Shown here piece by piece: positions 49,250 to 62,860 of a DNA stretch of 64,000 nucleotides; within the stretch, counting starts at the first letter, position 1; each line of letters begins with the position of its first letter. The DNA comes from Phoronis australis (lineage: Eukaryota > Animalia > Phoronida). Below the pieces are notes generated by a model. It made no database searches. It was given only the letters and a program-made list of their open reading frames with translations, and was not told the origin of the DNA. Made by a program: the position numbers and the translations under genes. The stretch lies in assembly GCA_002633005.1 (NCBI GenBank), contig NMRA01000224.1, forward strand, positions 392,769 to 456,768. Direction: 5' to 3'.

Positions 49250-52049
49250 CACCTTTACTCCACAAAACCCAGGTGGTGGACACGCTATTTTGTCCGTTGT
49301 CATTTACCTCTTCGTAGGTACCGAATTCTTTCAACTTGTCAAGTTCAACTTGTTTCGCAATAACGCACTCAGACTCGTTGAGACGCGATTTGGGAATAAG
49401 CACGAGATTTACTTCTTCCTCGGCAATAGTTTCCCATTCGGAGACATTCGCAAGATCAACGCTCAAGTCTTCTCCACCGTCATCTAACCGCACATTAAAC
49501 CGGTCTTTGTACTTTCCCGAAACTTTTCCCGCACGACTTAGCACGGTAGCTGTAACCCATTCGTCCGATGGGAGGACTTTGTACCTGATGCGTATGTCGG
49601 GGCGAACTGCAGTGTCACTTCTATTCTCACAACTGTCACTATTCGAGGCACCAAGCTGTTCACTACACGCAACGTTTCTAGTCGGTGTACAATCGTTCGC
49701 GTTACCATGATCGGAAATGTCATTTTGTGAAACAGAATCACTATCATCAGTCTGGGTGCCAAGTGCCTCACTGGCTTTCACAAGTCTCGGAGGAGACACG
49801 CGCACGATTAAACCGCCATGGCGCACGAATACCACCTTGCCGCCTTGAAACAAAACTTTTCCGGGTCCGAGCCATCGTTCTCGGTCTTCACGCTTGTAAT
49901 AAACAACAGTACCATGCTCAAACAATTGTTCCGATGATCTCACTTTGTGACGCAACGCCCTTCTAATTCTCTCATCCCCATCAGACGCCACAAACGCTCT
50001 TCTCGAGGCGTACAGCGCATTCAAGTGTTTCGCAAGAGTCTCGCTGTAGGTAATTCCCTGCAGGGGCGGGCAAACCGTCGGACATGATATTGGGCAAGTT
50101 CGGATTCCTGCCAAAGACTAACTGATAACTACTGAATCCGTTCCACATATGCAGAGAATTTCAAGCAATATTCGCCCAACACAGCAGCACAGCTAAATCG
50201 GTTTTGGGGAATTCATCCTCAAGCTTTATCAGCATACTGTCGGTAACTGCGTGCACGCGTTCGCACTAACCATTCTGAAATGGACTACCGGCAACAGTAG
50301 TGTGCAGTTTCATGTTCAAAACACTGGCCACTTCTCGAGTTTCATCGGAACGCCAAATCCAGCACCAATCCAGTGAGTCATTATTTTGTCAATTACTTCG
50401 GATGGTTTCTTTCTGTCAGTACACACGGAGATTGTCAGACGGGACCACATATCAAACATGTGAAGAATCCAGCGCGATTTCCACTTCTTAAGGTCGACTG
50501 CAACAGCATCATTAAAATCGTTGGCCATAGGAAACGCAACGACTGGTTTCGATGGCGTTTTCGCGTGGATTTTACACAAGTCACAATTGTCCCGAATCGC
50601 AGACAAATCATCCAGGAAACAGTCATCATAGACCCCTGCGTCTTTAAGCAAGCCAACGAGTTTGTCCGTGGGAGGATGCGCAAACTGCCTGTGCAATTTA
50701 AGCAGAGCTTTCTTGCGATCTGTTGCGGTAAGATGCTGAAGATTAACAGCGAACACTTCGTGCTCTGCCACTGACAGTACGCGATGGAACGATTGGCACA
50801 CAATAATGACCCGATGTCGTTTGTTGCAAATTGACTCGCTCACCCATAATCTCAGCGGTGTCATTCTCTAGGTCTAGTTTCACTTTAGCTTCTTTCATTG
50901 CTTGTTTAGATAACAAAAGTGGTACATGTACTTCGGATTCAACCACATCTGTTTTGATCGTGACAGACTTTCCCGCCAGAACGGCTGGGATCTCAACACT
51001 GGCCCTCGATGGGAGGCTGTGCCCACTACCGACTTTGAATGATCTAACGCCTGGGTTACGCTTCACGTTACGCTTGTCGGTCTCACTTAGACACTCGATG
51101 TAATCACCCAACCACTGTTCACCGCAGACACTACTGGAGCAAGCGCTGTCCAGGACTACGGAGTTTTGCGCTTCACGCGTAAATTGGCTTAAGCCGCTTT
51201 TGTTCCCGGTAAAAACACAGCATGTTCAGAATTGTGAGTGTTGGACATATTTTCCCAACTGTCGGGACACTTGGCAATGAGGTGCCTGTAGGAACCACAG
51301 CACATGCAGGTCATACGTTTTCCGTTTGATCCTATCGGATTAGGGGCCGCGCATCCCATTGCCTTTCATTACTGACGCCCGGTTGCGTATGTCCTCGTCC
51401 GCGACCACCTCTACCTCAGCTTGAAAGCTAGAATTTCGGACGGCAGTGACATGCCCTTTTTAACTATTCTGTTGTAATACTGATCAAACACTTGGATGTA
51501 TGCAGTAACAGATTGTCCATCCTTGCGCTCGTAATCCTCGAAAGCATCGAATTTTTCAAAGCTATCTGATAAATCGTCTTTGCCTAATTTGGAATCACAA
51601 AATTCGATGAGCTTATCCAAGCCGTCATTTGCCTTGAGCACCGCAATGTCTAGTTCATCAAACGCCTGTTGACGGATGCCTACTGAGTCCGTTTCGGGCA
51701 ACGACAGTGCAATCGCTATTCCGCGCTTAGATTTCTCAAGGGTCGTGACCTCATTCCACGCTAATGGTTCTTGTTTGTAACGCTCATAGGACTTCGTCCC
51801 GCTAAATTCCGGTGAGTTAATACGCATTGACATTTTGAATGCTATTCACCTGTACCCGAAGATCTTTATGAATCTGCTACCATTTGTTAGTTCGCTCAAA
51901 GACAACGCAAAAGTCCCTAACAAGTGATTTTATTCGACAGCACAAAAAACGTGAACAGTCCACCAACATGGACGCTCTGGAACGCTCCTCCACCCAGTGG
52001 GGAGAGGTTAAACACCAGAGACGCCTGGCGGCTAATACAAAGCTTAACA
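49250..52049 (-). mobile_element. Ty1/copia LTR retrotransposon, GalEa-like, 3'-truncated and disrupted
   Basis: 165-bp LTR TGTTAA...CTAACA (52049-51885), PBS TGGTAGCAGA (51882-51873), gag, CCHC knuckle CMCCGSYRHLIAKC, protease VLDSAC, integrase HRQFAH..CDLC / VAVDL, start of RT (ELDKLKEFGTY); copia order PR-IN-RT. Confidence 0.88.
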
Positions 52050-52306
52050 CCAACAAAATGGTATTAAGTGATTTTAGAACAACTTAAAAAGAATTTTTTG
52101 GGAAAATTGTCTTTTAAAATGGAAAATTCTAAACGTGTTAGTAACGCTGTCATAATGAGTTTTGATAACGAATGTATCAAATTTTTAAGGTGCCATAGTG
52201 GGCATGATTGTGGCGTTATATGTTACATGCGGGATATCGTGCAGAGCCAATGAAATGAAGCTCTATTGGCAATGATGACATTTGCATACAGCTTTCAACA
52301 ATAAAT

Positions 52307-52545
52307 CAGAGGCAGATCTACAGGGGGGTTCAGGGGTTTAAACTCCCCCCGGCTCGGGACAGGATCAAAAATAAAAAATTGGAAAAACATTTCGCCAGAA
52401 AAACAAAATCAGCTACTAAAACCACAAAAAAATCTTACACGGGAGGAGGGAAACCCTCTCCCGACCGTCCTTCCCCTCGGCGCTACGCGCATCGGATTCT
52501 CTCGGATCCTAAACCCCCCTTACTGAAAACGTAGATCTGCCACTG
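52307..52545. mobile_element. GC-terminal MITE
   Basis: CAGAGGCAGATCTAC...GTAGATCTGCCACTG, flanked by AT/AT. Confidence 0.7.
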
Positions 52546-53138
52546 ATCAACTGCATATTTATTTGAGGCACGACTACTACACGACCCGAAACAACTTGTC
52601 AGTTGCAATGGCATTCAAGGTCAGCAGGGCTAATTTTATGCAACAAAACTCAATGCCTATCCATAAAGTCGTCAAGAAAATCCAAATTATTTATGCATGT
52701 GATCCCTCATCAGCGAGCCACTGTTCCCACGAGCTGCATATGTGCATAAGTTCAATTGCCAGGTTTTACGGTAAGGGCACGACAGTAACACGTTTGACCC
52801 AAGAATTTCTATAAAATGCACGAGTTACTATGTAAGCGCATGAGTCTGCAAACGCGCCTACATGGTAATAAAACACCAATGTTATCAATAATAGTAATAA
52901 TTATTATAATAGAAATAACAATAATAATACCTATAATAATTTAACAGTCTGTTGCAAAAATAATAGTAATAGGTAATATTTTCATTGATATTAATAACAA
53001 ACAAGGCACCAATATTATTAATATTCAAAAAAAAACAATGGCAAATTCAATAATAAGTGAATAGTAATCGCCCACCGGGACTGTATTTTCCAACACTTCA
53101 GAGATAAAGTGAGCTCGGGGACACCCTAAGTTAACGAC

Positions 53139-53285
53139 CAGGGGCGGATTTAGAGGGGGCCATGGCCCCCCTAAAATTCTTCCAGATTCCAATTGGCTGT
53201 TCGGGGGTGCAAATGTCCGACGGGCAAAACTCTGGCTAATACTATGCCTTGGCCCCCCAAACTAAAAATCCTGGATCCGCCCCTG
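53139..53285. mobile_element. GC-terminal MITE
   Basis: CAGGGGCGGATTTAG...CTGGATCCGCCCCTG, flanked by ACGAC/ACGAC. Confidence 0.75.
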
Positions 53286-53814
53286 ACGACGGCTTTTCAA
53301 TGCAGTTCAAGATATCCATACACCAAGGGGACGCTGAGTTGGTTTTGAGTAAGCGTATTTATGTGTAATGAGACGCTAACTCAAGGTGAACTTAAAAGAT
53401 AAGGTGGCTTCAAATTAGTCACTCCTGGAGATCGAGCGAGGTTGTTCTGAGGTCCCTTGGCACACCAGAGCTACATGCGCTTGATGGTGCTCTGATAGAG
53501 TATCTCGCAAGACAGATCGCTTAGATCTCTGTATACAGCATGTAGGGATAAGCTTGCTCGTATATTTTAGTATCAAGGACTTTTTAGGTAGCTTCTTAGT
53601 TTTTGGTAGAAATTGCAGCTCACGTTTTCCCGGGTACGTTCTCACTAAAGGGAGGTAGTTCACTGTATATGAATTACAAGTGCACACACAGTTGCATTAT
53701 TGCAGTTGGGCATGGGAGCGCTTCAAATGTGACCGTCATGTAGTTTTAGTGAAATAAACCTCCTTAGACCTGAAAAACGTCTCGATTTACTGTACTAGCC
53801 AATCACTAGAACAC

Positions 53815-54827
53815 GTGTTCGTCTAGTGCTATTTTTGATGCTTGATGTACTGGTTTGTTGAGCGAGCAGTGTTGTTACATAGGCTGCCGCAAAAAAAAAT
53901 AAAACAGTAAGAGCGTAGTTTATTAATTAACCCCTGTAATTAAAATTATACGGACGAAAAAAGATTTAAATTTGTGCAGTTTTAGTGTTNNNNNNNNNNN
54001 NNNNNNNNNNNNNNNNNNNNNNNNNNNNNNNNNNNNNNNNNNNNNNNNNNNNNNNNNNNNNNNNNNNNNNNNNNNNNNNNNNNNNNNNNNNNNNNNNNNN
54101 NNNNNNNNNNNNNNNNNNNNNNNNNNNNNNNNNNNNNNNNNNNNNNNNNNNNNNNNNNNNNNNNNNNNNNNNNNNNNNNNNNNNNNNNNNNNNNNNNNNN
54201 NNNNNNNNNNNNNNNNNNNNNNNNNNNNNNNNNNNNNNNNNNNNNNNNNNNNNNNNNNNNNNNNNNNNNNNNNNNNNNNNNNNNNNNNNNNNNNNNNNNN
54301 NNNNNNNNNNNNNNNNNNTGGTAACGCACGCGCGCTTTATCCGCCAGGTCGTGAGTTCGAGTCTTTGGTTCTTGCAGTTTTTTCTGTTTGACACGTTCTC
54401 CTTTTTTGCCTTTTTTCTTGGATAATACTTCAGGAATCAAGGAAAATGCTTGATTTTTAGAGGTAAAATCAGAAAAATTTCCTGTGCGGGCAAACCCCCC
54501 TCCCGACCTCCCCCCATTCGGTGCTATGCGCATTTACAATCGTGGTTCAGTTTGCGCAAATGCTTACACCCGGACAAAATGTTGGGCCCCCCTTGTGATA
54601 TCCTAGATCCGCCACTGTGTTACATAGACTCGGTATTCAAGACCAGGCTGAACTCCACTGCACGTGTATTCGGAAATGATTGGGCTCAGAATGCTCGAAG
54701 AAGAGTTGTGGGGAGGATCAGTATATTGACTCAGTAACCATCTTCATTTCCCATTGCGTTATCCCACTTGATTACTAATGTACATTTTGACCTCTGACCC
54801 ACACGTTTGTTCGCCACTGTGACTGGG
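53815..54827 (-). pseudogene. Dead paralogous copy of the 46626-46904 FN3 exon, split by a MITE
   Basis: Same acceptor flank (atgtttccaaag); reads PVTVANKRVGQRSKCTLVIKWDNAMGNEDGY* with indels. The 3' part (YVTTLLAQ...RRT) resumes beyond the 53878-54617 insertion. Confidence 0.8.
53878..54617 (-). mobile_element. Second copy of the 7088-7991 element (contains an assembly gap)
   Basis: Reverse-complement match to 7088-7380 and 7830-7943; flanked by TGTTA/TGTTA. Confidence 0.8.
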
Positions 54828-57399
54828 CTTTGGAAACATTTGAAAAGATTGAAAATCATTCAGTTTTCGCCCTTCCGTAAACAATCTAGCTAACTTGATA
54901 AATAGTGTCTAGGCCGGTATATATGTAAAATGAACTGTAGTTGTGAAACATGCAACGGATGCAGGAAGATGACCGGTTTATCGACAGACAAAAGCACAAT
55001 TTAGCAGCCACAGAGTGAATCTAATACAAATAACTCCCAAAGCCTTTGGTTGATTTTGGTCTGTGTTATTTTAAAAATCGAGCCGTTGGTGTGATATATT
55101 TTAGCGGCTCACATTTAAAAAAAGAAAATCCAACTGAAACGAGCAAAAATGATGCAGAATATGTTTTCTCATTGCCTGGAAAACTTTGCTTACCTTTGCT
55201 TACATATACTTTTCCTTGTGCAGCTTTTCAAAAACACAGAACACGAGCCAAATTGCTGAGAGTTATATTCTTGCTGGCGTTTTTTACTGAGTCGGTAAGT
55301 GAAGGTCGACTCAAAACAAGTCTGAATAAGTACTTGAATTAACTCTGCTATGAGGCCTAGTAATACATGTAAATGGTCAATCGTCTTTTGCAATCTTCGG
55401 TAATTTCAATTAAAGTGTTATTCATGCTTGCCCGGTGACTCAATCATACATGTATTAGTCAAAAATATGCCGTATATTCTGATATTCATTGGGATATTTT
55501 GACGCATTTTGCAAACTTATCAAACGGCAAGAGTAGATATGATTCTACGAGAAAAAATTACCATCCAGTTTCAATGGCCTTGGTATGCCGAAGTAGGGCA
55601 AGCCGAAATCCTTGAATTGGAATAGCTGTGTTCAGGAATAGCCGCGCCATATTGAAATTTACTATCCAGCTAGGCGGCGCTCAGGTCTTTGGAGGACAGG
55701 CCTTCAGCGACACCTACAGATCCCATGTACTGCAGACCGGAAGTTTCAACGTACAGGTATAAACAGCTTTTAAATAGCGTTCCTGCTATTATAATGCCGG
55801 AAAGTTCCCAGTGCTGTGAGGAGGGATGTCCTTATGACTTACGAAAAATGACACACCTTTTGAAATATGGATGAACAAGGATATCATGATCCATACACTT
55901 TCCATTACAAAGTAGAATCCGTGACAAAGCCAGGGGTTACGGCTGATGAATTGAGAGCATTTTTATCCTAGGCGGTGACAAAAAGCTAAAATAAATTGTG
56001 AACTTAAATTGATCAAATAATGGGAGGAACTGACAATGGAATCTATTTCTCTGCTTTTAAATTGTTTTGATCACTAGATAGTAATTGACTTTCTGTCCAT
56101 CAAATCTGAGTCGGGATCAAGCGTAAGTTACTTACATTCACTCATTACTCTAAAGAGCGCCAACTGAAAATTTCAACATTGGTCTTAGCATACCTGTTAC
56201 CAGAGGTGTAGATTATAGCGGCTGCAAGTACCAGAGTAATTTCAGAAGGTCACTCTAGATCTGTTTACCCCAGCTCAGACATACGAGCCAAAAGTATGGT
56301 GGTAATTTCAAGGGTTGTGTATATCCCCCATTCAGCCATTAAAAGGGTCCCTAATTTTGTCCGAGAGTCAATTTGATGCCGGCAATTCAGTGGAGAAAAC
56401 TGGTTCCCAAAATACGAGACGCCGGTAAGAGACAAGTACCGAAGTTTTTAGACAGTTCAATCGGCTCTTTGCTGAACTATTTTTAGTGGACCCTCTAAAT
56501 GTCGTTGACTTCCTCGATATGTTTTGGCAGTTCTTGGTCAGCCGAGTTTCCGTCGGTCCGGTGTTGCCCTCGCCACTGGTCACACACCTGTTTAGGCCTA
56601 CATGTACCTTTCTTGGCCCGCTGGCCGAATCCACGGCATCATAGCAACAGTGTATGTACATTAGTTTACTCACTTTGAATGTAAGTTTTTCAGACTGTAA
56701 GCAAGCTTTGTGTATGATCAGTACAAATAAAACTGCTTTTCCTTAGTTCACCCTGTCTGGGGAGTTAAAATGAGGAAAAACTGTTGAGTGGGACTACTTT
56801 TTAACAGTGCCCTCCATACTCAGGTATGGAAAGTACAAAACGCAAGTCAATGTCGATACGACGTCGTTAGCTGGCTTGAAAACTTTACGAAAATAGTTTA
56901 AAGTAATATGTTTACATCAGTATACAACGCTAATCGTGCAATCAGGCCACAGACAAAGCTTCTGGTACAAAACAGCTAATGATATAATTCTTTTTACTCA
57001 GGTTTATTTGCTAAACGATTACATTATTTAACTGCACTGAACTCTGAGCGCTAGTTCCTCGGCAACTACAATGTTCAATATTCTTATTCAATTATTTTCA
57101 AAAACATGTTACAACTTCAGTGCGCACTTAGCGTTCTTTTCATCCTTGTTATATCTTTTCAAGTAATAAATCGTTACATTTGAAACTGTTTTCTTTTACT
57201 AGAGTAAACTTGTAACGTAACGCGCAAGTACTTACACTATAAGTTGTGATCTGCCACGTGAACAGTCTGAGTAAAGTATTTAAAATGTGCCGAAGAAAAT
57301 AGAAGGAATTTAATAAGAATTCGAAGTGTATTTTATAAATATAAAACGTACCTCGAGTGGCGTAGATGAAATAATATCCCACACGACATGTTTCAGCGT

Positions 57400-57551
57400 A
57401 TGGACATCGACTTGTGATTGGTTGATACAGGGGCTACATGGACATCGACTTGTGATTGGTTGATACAGGCGCTACATGGACATCGACTTGTGATAGGTTG
57501 ATACAGGGGCTACATGGACATCGACTTGTGATAGGTTGATACAGGGGCTAC
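57400..57551. repeat. 38-bp tandem repeat, 4 copies
   Basis: Unit ATGGACATCGACTTGTGAT(T/A)GGTTGATACAGGGGCTAC. Confidence 0.95.
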
Positions 57552-59422
57552 TGTCTCGTTAGATATCATTTAATCTACGTCACTCGAGGTAACTTATGTT
57601 TTGTGCATGAATTTCACACTTTTTCTGAATCTGCAGAACAACAATCTGCGCTACGTGCACAGTATTCGTGAAGTCTGCTTAATGACGAGTAACTTAAAGA
57701 TTTTAAGGGAACACATTGGACCCAAAACCCATTGAGTTTTATGCAGTTGGTGGAAACGCTGGCGACCTAATACGGTTACTCATCTAAGGGATGTTACATA
57801 TGTACAGTCTGCTTCTTTAATCCAGTTTGGCTGAGAAGAGTGTTGAAATGTCTGAGAGTTTATTCGTGTCTGCAGAATGAACGCCCGGGCGCACTTTTGG
57901 ACTTGATTTTTGGTTCTCAAATTGGTAGTTTACGAAAATACGCCCCGGGCTTGTTTGCAAGAAACTTCTATGCCAGTTCATGCTATTCTTTTTCTGAGAA
58001 TTTTTGGAATATTACATGGATTTTTTCGAAAATGTTTATTCCGTTGAACAAAGCTAACATTGCTGCAGTTGTCGCCTTCACATGCCACGTTTAAAGATTT
58101 CAGAAAGAGACCTGCAAAACAAAACGCTTCACATGAACGGGTCTTATGATTTACGTTGATACAAATGCTGAAAACTGTGAAGGTAAATGACGTAGAGATC
58201 GCGTTTCTTTTAAATGACAGCCAGTAACGAACAATGCAGAAGTCGTTTGATCGTCGGAGTTGCAAGAACATTCACATGGTCGGGGGTGCAAACGTTTTGA
58301 TTTTAAGAATTAAAAAACATCCATTTTCGTACGTGAAATGAGACTTAGGAGCTTGTCATTGGACGACAGTGGCGTTATAGGAGGTCATAAGCAACTAATC
58401 AGTAGTGTAGTTATTATCATTTGTTTTGAGTGATGTACATTAGTGACGTGCTGAACGCCCAACATCGGGGGCTTTGTAATATAATAAGGCTATGCCCTCC
58501 ATGTGCAATAAATTTCAGGGGGTATGCTACCTCTGTGGTAGTTAAATCCAGGAATAGTACTCTGATGTTGAAAACCCAGGAATAGTGGCAGTTATGCAAT
58601 AATACAGGAATAGTGGCACAATGCAAGAATTTTGAGTTATAGGGAGATGGACATATATGTACATGCAGAGTGAGTCCATCGCGTGGTCAGTTAGCTCGTT
58701 ATATTCAGCTCGTCATAGAGAGATGGACATATATGTACAGTGTACATACAGAGTGGGTCCATTGCGTGATGCCACTTAGTTTAGTATTTAAAGCACTGGC
58801 TCTCGAGACCAGGGCAGACTGGATCCACCATAGACCACAACCTCAGACTACGGGGCACGACTCCAGAGCTGGAAGACAACTTCAGACTTCTAAGACGAAG
58901 CCGGGGCCAGACGAACAACTTCTGTGACCAAAGACTCAAGGGGAAAAGGACAACTGAGGTATAGACATTTATCACGGGCGTTGGTCTCAGCCTGTTAAGT
59001 CAATTTGAACCGGCTAGCGATTGTTCTGGAGGGTTAGTTCTGTTGTGACTTATTTCGTGTTAGCGTGTGCGGTAGCTACGGGAACCAGTGGCACTGTTGA
59101 TTAGTAGTTTTTCCAGTAGGGATATCTTGTCTCAATCAGTTAGTCGTCAGTCTCACAACTTATTGTAATCTTTAATTTGTAAATGACAACGCTGCAAATT
59201 AATAGACGTATTCTATTGTTAAAGTATTCGTGTGTTGTTTTACTTATTACCACGTGCGAGCCATTTATCGGCCACAACACGCATTGATATACCACACGAG
59301 TCCTTTTTGGTGCCTTGCGGCCGGATTCTACCCGGTGTTTGCGTTTTGAGACTGACTTTATCGTGAACGAGACGAGATATCTAAGAAGTTTAGTAGTTAG
59401 CATAATCTGATCACTGAGCAGT

Positions 59423-59680
59423 ATGGCACATCAGCAACAAGCTACTGTAGATTTAGCCGAATTGTTAACGGGACTTGCTGGTAATTTCACCAGAGATGTT
59501 ACCGATGCTATGAATTCCATGAGCGAAACGTCATTGGCGTCAAATATGCCGTTTTCTCAGGAGATGTCCATGGGTTTCGAGCCTGGGTGAGCAAGATAGA
59601 AAAGATGGCCGTAATTTTTCCCAATATGGATCCCAGGGAACAAATCCTAATTACATATTAAACGATCTGAGGGGTTCTTG
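59423..59680 (+). pseudogene. gag: gag N-terminal remnant
   Basis: MAHQQQ... then frameshifted SGDVHGFRAWVSKIEKMA, stops, and an abrupt join to RT. Confidence 0.55.
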
Positions 59681-59689
59681 TATTTACAG

Positions 59690-62633
59690 TTCATTAGACT
59701 TACGTAGTGGTTTCTGGCCAATTCAAATGCACCCTAATGACAAGGAAAAGATCGCCTTTTCTCCAGGGTTTTCTACTGGTCACAATCTGTACCAGTTTAA
59801 AGTTATGCCATTCGGACTTTGCAATAGTCCCAGTTTTTTCCAGGAACTCATGTCAATCGTTTTAGAGGGTCTCCCTTTTGCTCGAACCTATATCGATGAT
59901 TGCATTATTTACAGTAAAAGTGTCACTGAACACGTCGAACATCTGAAAATCGTTTTCAAACGCCTCAGAAAACACAATTTGAAGTTGAAATTGTCCAAAT
60001 GCCAATTTCTCAAGCCTCAAACGAGCTATCTGAGTTTCATAGTAGATAAAGAAGGAATCCGCCCCGACCCAGCGAAAATTTCGGCTATTAGATCAATGAA
60101 ACGACCAACCACCCTGAAAGAGGTGAGGGCACTGCAAGGGATCCTGTCATACTATCGGAGATTTATCCCAAATTTGGCGGGCATTATGATCCCATTGACT
60201 GAACTTACCAAGAAGTATGCCAGATTTAAATGGACATCCGAATGCGAACACGCTTTCAAATTTATCAAAGAACACCTTTCCGCCGTTCCGATGCTAAATT
60301 ATCCTGATCCCAAGTTAAGTTATATTATATACACTGATGCAAGTGATTTTGCAATTGGGGCCTGTTTGGTACAAAAGTGTCAAATCGAGAGTGTTGAAAA
60401 ACCTATCTACTTCATGTCGCAAAAATTGACTGACACACAAAAGCGTTGGGCAACCATCGAAAAGGAATGTTTCGCAGTGTTGATGGCCCTTAAGAAATTC
60501 GAACACTACATTTACAATTCCAAAATCACGCTTTTCACGGACCATATGCCCCTCATTTATTTGCTTAAAAGCGACATACAAAATAAGAAAGTGGCGCAAT
60601 GGTCGGTACTCATCTCGGCTTATGATGATGAAGTTAAACATATTCCGGGCAAGGATAACACGATAGCTGACTTGCTAAGCAGAGCTCCCTCCAATGACGA
60701 TAATGCGATTGACGAGGAAACTCTAGATATAGATGATAGAACTTTTGTGGTTCAAGCTCCCATAGCACAGGTTAATGTAGTAGATAACAGCAGAATAGAT
60801 CCTAAGTCTCACGAAATGGAGAGTCCTCCTATACCTGATCTTACCTCTGAATTGCAAATGCCTAAGTTAGAATGGAATATGCAGGAGGAACAAAAGAAAG
60901 ATCAGGAGTGCAGGACAATAATTGATGTACTGTCATCTCCTAAGCCTAGCAAAAAAATTGGGAATAAGTATTTACTCAAAGAAAATGTCCTGTATTATGT
61001 TTCTGACGATCACGGCGACGTTAAAATTCGTCTGTATGTCCCTGAACATTTACAGTCCCTAGTCATCAAACAATATCACGACCAACTAGGACATGCAGGG
61101 ATAGATAGGACCTATCAGTCGCCTAGAAACAGTTATTTCTGGCCTAGAATGTTTAAAGACATTGAGAAGTATGTTTCAGAATGCGTTACATGCCAGGAAC
61201 GAAATCTAAAAGCAGTTAAATGTCCGCTAGGGGCGTCCAATGTTGTGAACGGCCCTTGGCAACAGGTGGCAATAGATTGTGTCGGTCCAATGACACCATC
61301 ACCCAGTGGTAACCGATATATTTTGACTCTGACTGATTGGTTTTCAAATTATACGTTGTTATAACCGATGCCGGATAAGAGTGCCGCTACAATTGCACGA
61401 ATCCTAACTACTGATACCCTTTGTAGGTTCGATATAATGAACATTTTGGTCTTGGACAACGACTCTGAGTTTGTGAACAAAACAGTAAAAGATGTATTGG
61501 AATCATTTAATATTCGGCATGTTAACACCAGTTTCTACAATCCAAAAGCAAATGGCCGAGTCGAACGATCACACAAAGTACTCGGTGACGTTTTGAGTAA
61601 ATTGTGTCGTGAAAATCCAGAACAATGGGATGTTTACCTCAGTCAAGCAGAGTCATGTTTAAATTTTCATACCAATTATACTGGGTATAGCAGTTATTTT
61701 CTTATGTTCGGTAGAGACCCTAGACTTCCTGTACATAACATAATGCGGCCACGTGCTAAATACGTGGGCGAGGAAGAACATAAGGTTATCCTACAAAACC
61801 AACATAGAGTTTTTAGGACAGTTTATAGGGTGATAAAACACCATCAGAACAAAGGACTAGCAACCGAGAATAAGGGTAGAGTTTTGGTTGAATTAGAAGT
61901 TGGCGATCCTGTGTACCTTAAAAATAATTCTAAAACCAGCAAACTGGGCCCCAAGTGGACAGGCTACTGGCGCGTCCTAGAACGACTGTCCGAAAAAACG
62001 TATGTAATCAGGAATCAGTTAGATGGGACGGTTACCAAGTCGCACATTGACAACTTGAGATGGGCACAAATCGACGATTGGAAGGTGAATGACGACGATT
62101 ATACACAAATGAGGAAAGCGCGCTACGCCGTCCCTCCCAGTTCTAGCGAAGAAAGTGACGTGCCTGACGACGAAGTAGAAATTGCTCCACAGCAAGGTCT
62201 ACAGGATCATTTCCGCCAAATGAAGGGTTATTCATCTTCAGATGACTCTGATGTACCCTTAGCGGAACTTCAAAGAAGGCTCCAACAGAGGGGGCAAGTG
62301 AAAACGTTGGCTCAGGCGAAGCCAGCGTCACGGATGGAGGATCAAGGGACCTTATCATCCGAAAGCGACGGACCCGAGGCCAAAGCCGAGTCGAATCCAA
62401 TGTCGGACCTCTCTGCACCAGACGCCCAACAGTACATGCCATCCGACGAGACGGATGCAGACATCGCGATGGGACCACACCCAGATGACCGTGACGACGC
62501 CATGGACGTGAACGTCATCGCGCCATTGGGCAAAAGAAGAGGCCGGAAGTGTAGAAAAACGACCCAAACCTCCTCCGCGGCTTATTTAGATTTATGCCGC
62601 ATGATGTTAGAGACATTTAACAATGGTCGATAA
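59690..62633 (+). pseudogene. pol: pol: RT (YIDD), RNase H, integrase with GPY/F-type motif; premature TAA at 61362-61364
   Basis: LDLRSGFWPI, YQFKVMPFGL, TYIDD, YTDASDFAIG, HDQLGH...CVTC, VAIDCVGP, DNDSEF, NGRVER, KWTGYWRV. Confidence 0.95.
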
Positions 62634-62860
62634 GTAGGAACTTAAGGTTTCAGTAGCACCATATATTTTATAGCACACTTATAACTGAATTTTAAGAACG
62701 GGAATGTTACCCGAAATGATTTAGCCATGGGTACTTGTACGTAACGTATCTGATCTAAGGGTATCCGAGTTAGTTCTCGGCATGGCGATTGCGTATAACT
62801 TATAGATAGTATAAGGAGCGATTTAATTGAACTCAGTGGTTGATTGTTGTTTCAGAAAGA

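Noticed and set aside
53966-54533. Long ORFs through the N-run
   Set aside because: Artefacts of the assembly gap.
55600-56700. Short minus-strand exon-like segments as the 5' exons of the FN3 gene
   Set aside because: Splice-like signals are present, but there is no signal peptide or FN3 motif and the frames contain stops; more likely TE debris.
57400-57551. 38-bp repeats as a CRISPR array
   Set aside because: Contiguous tandem units without spacers.
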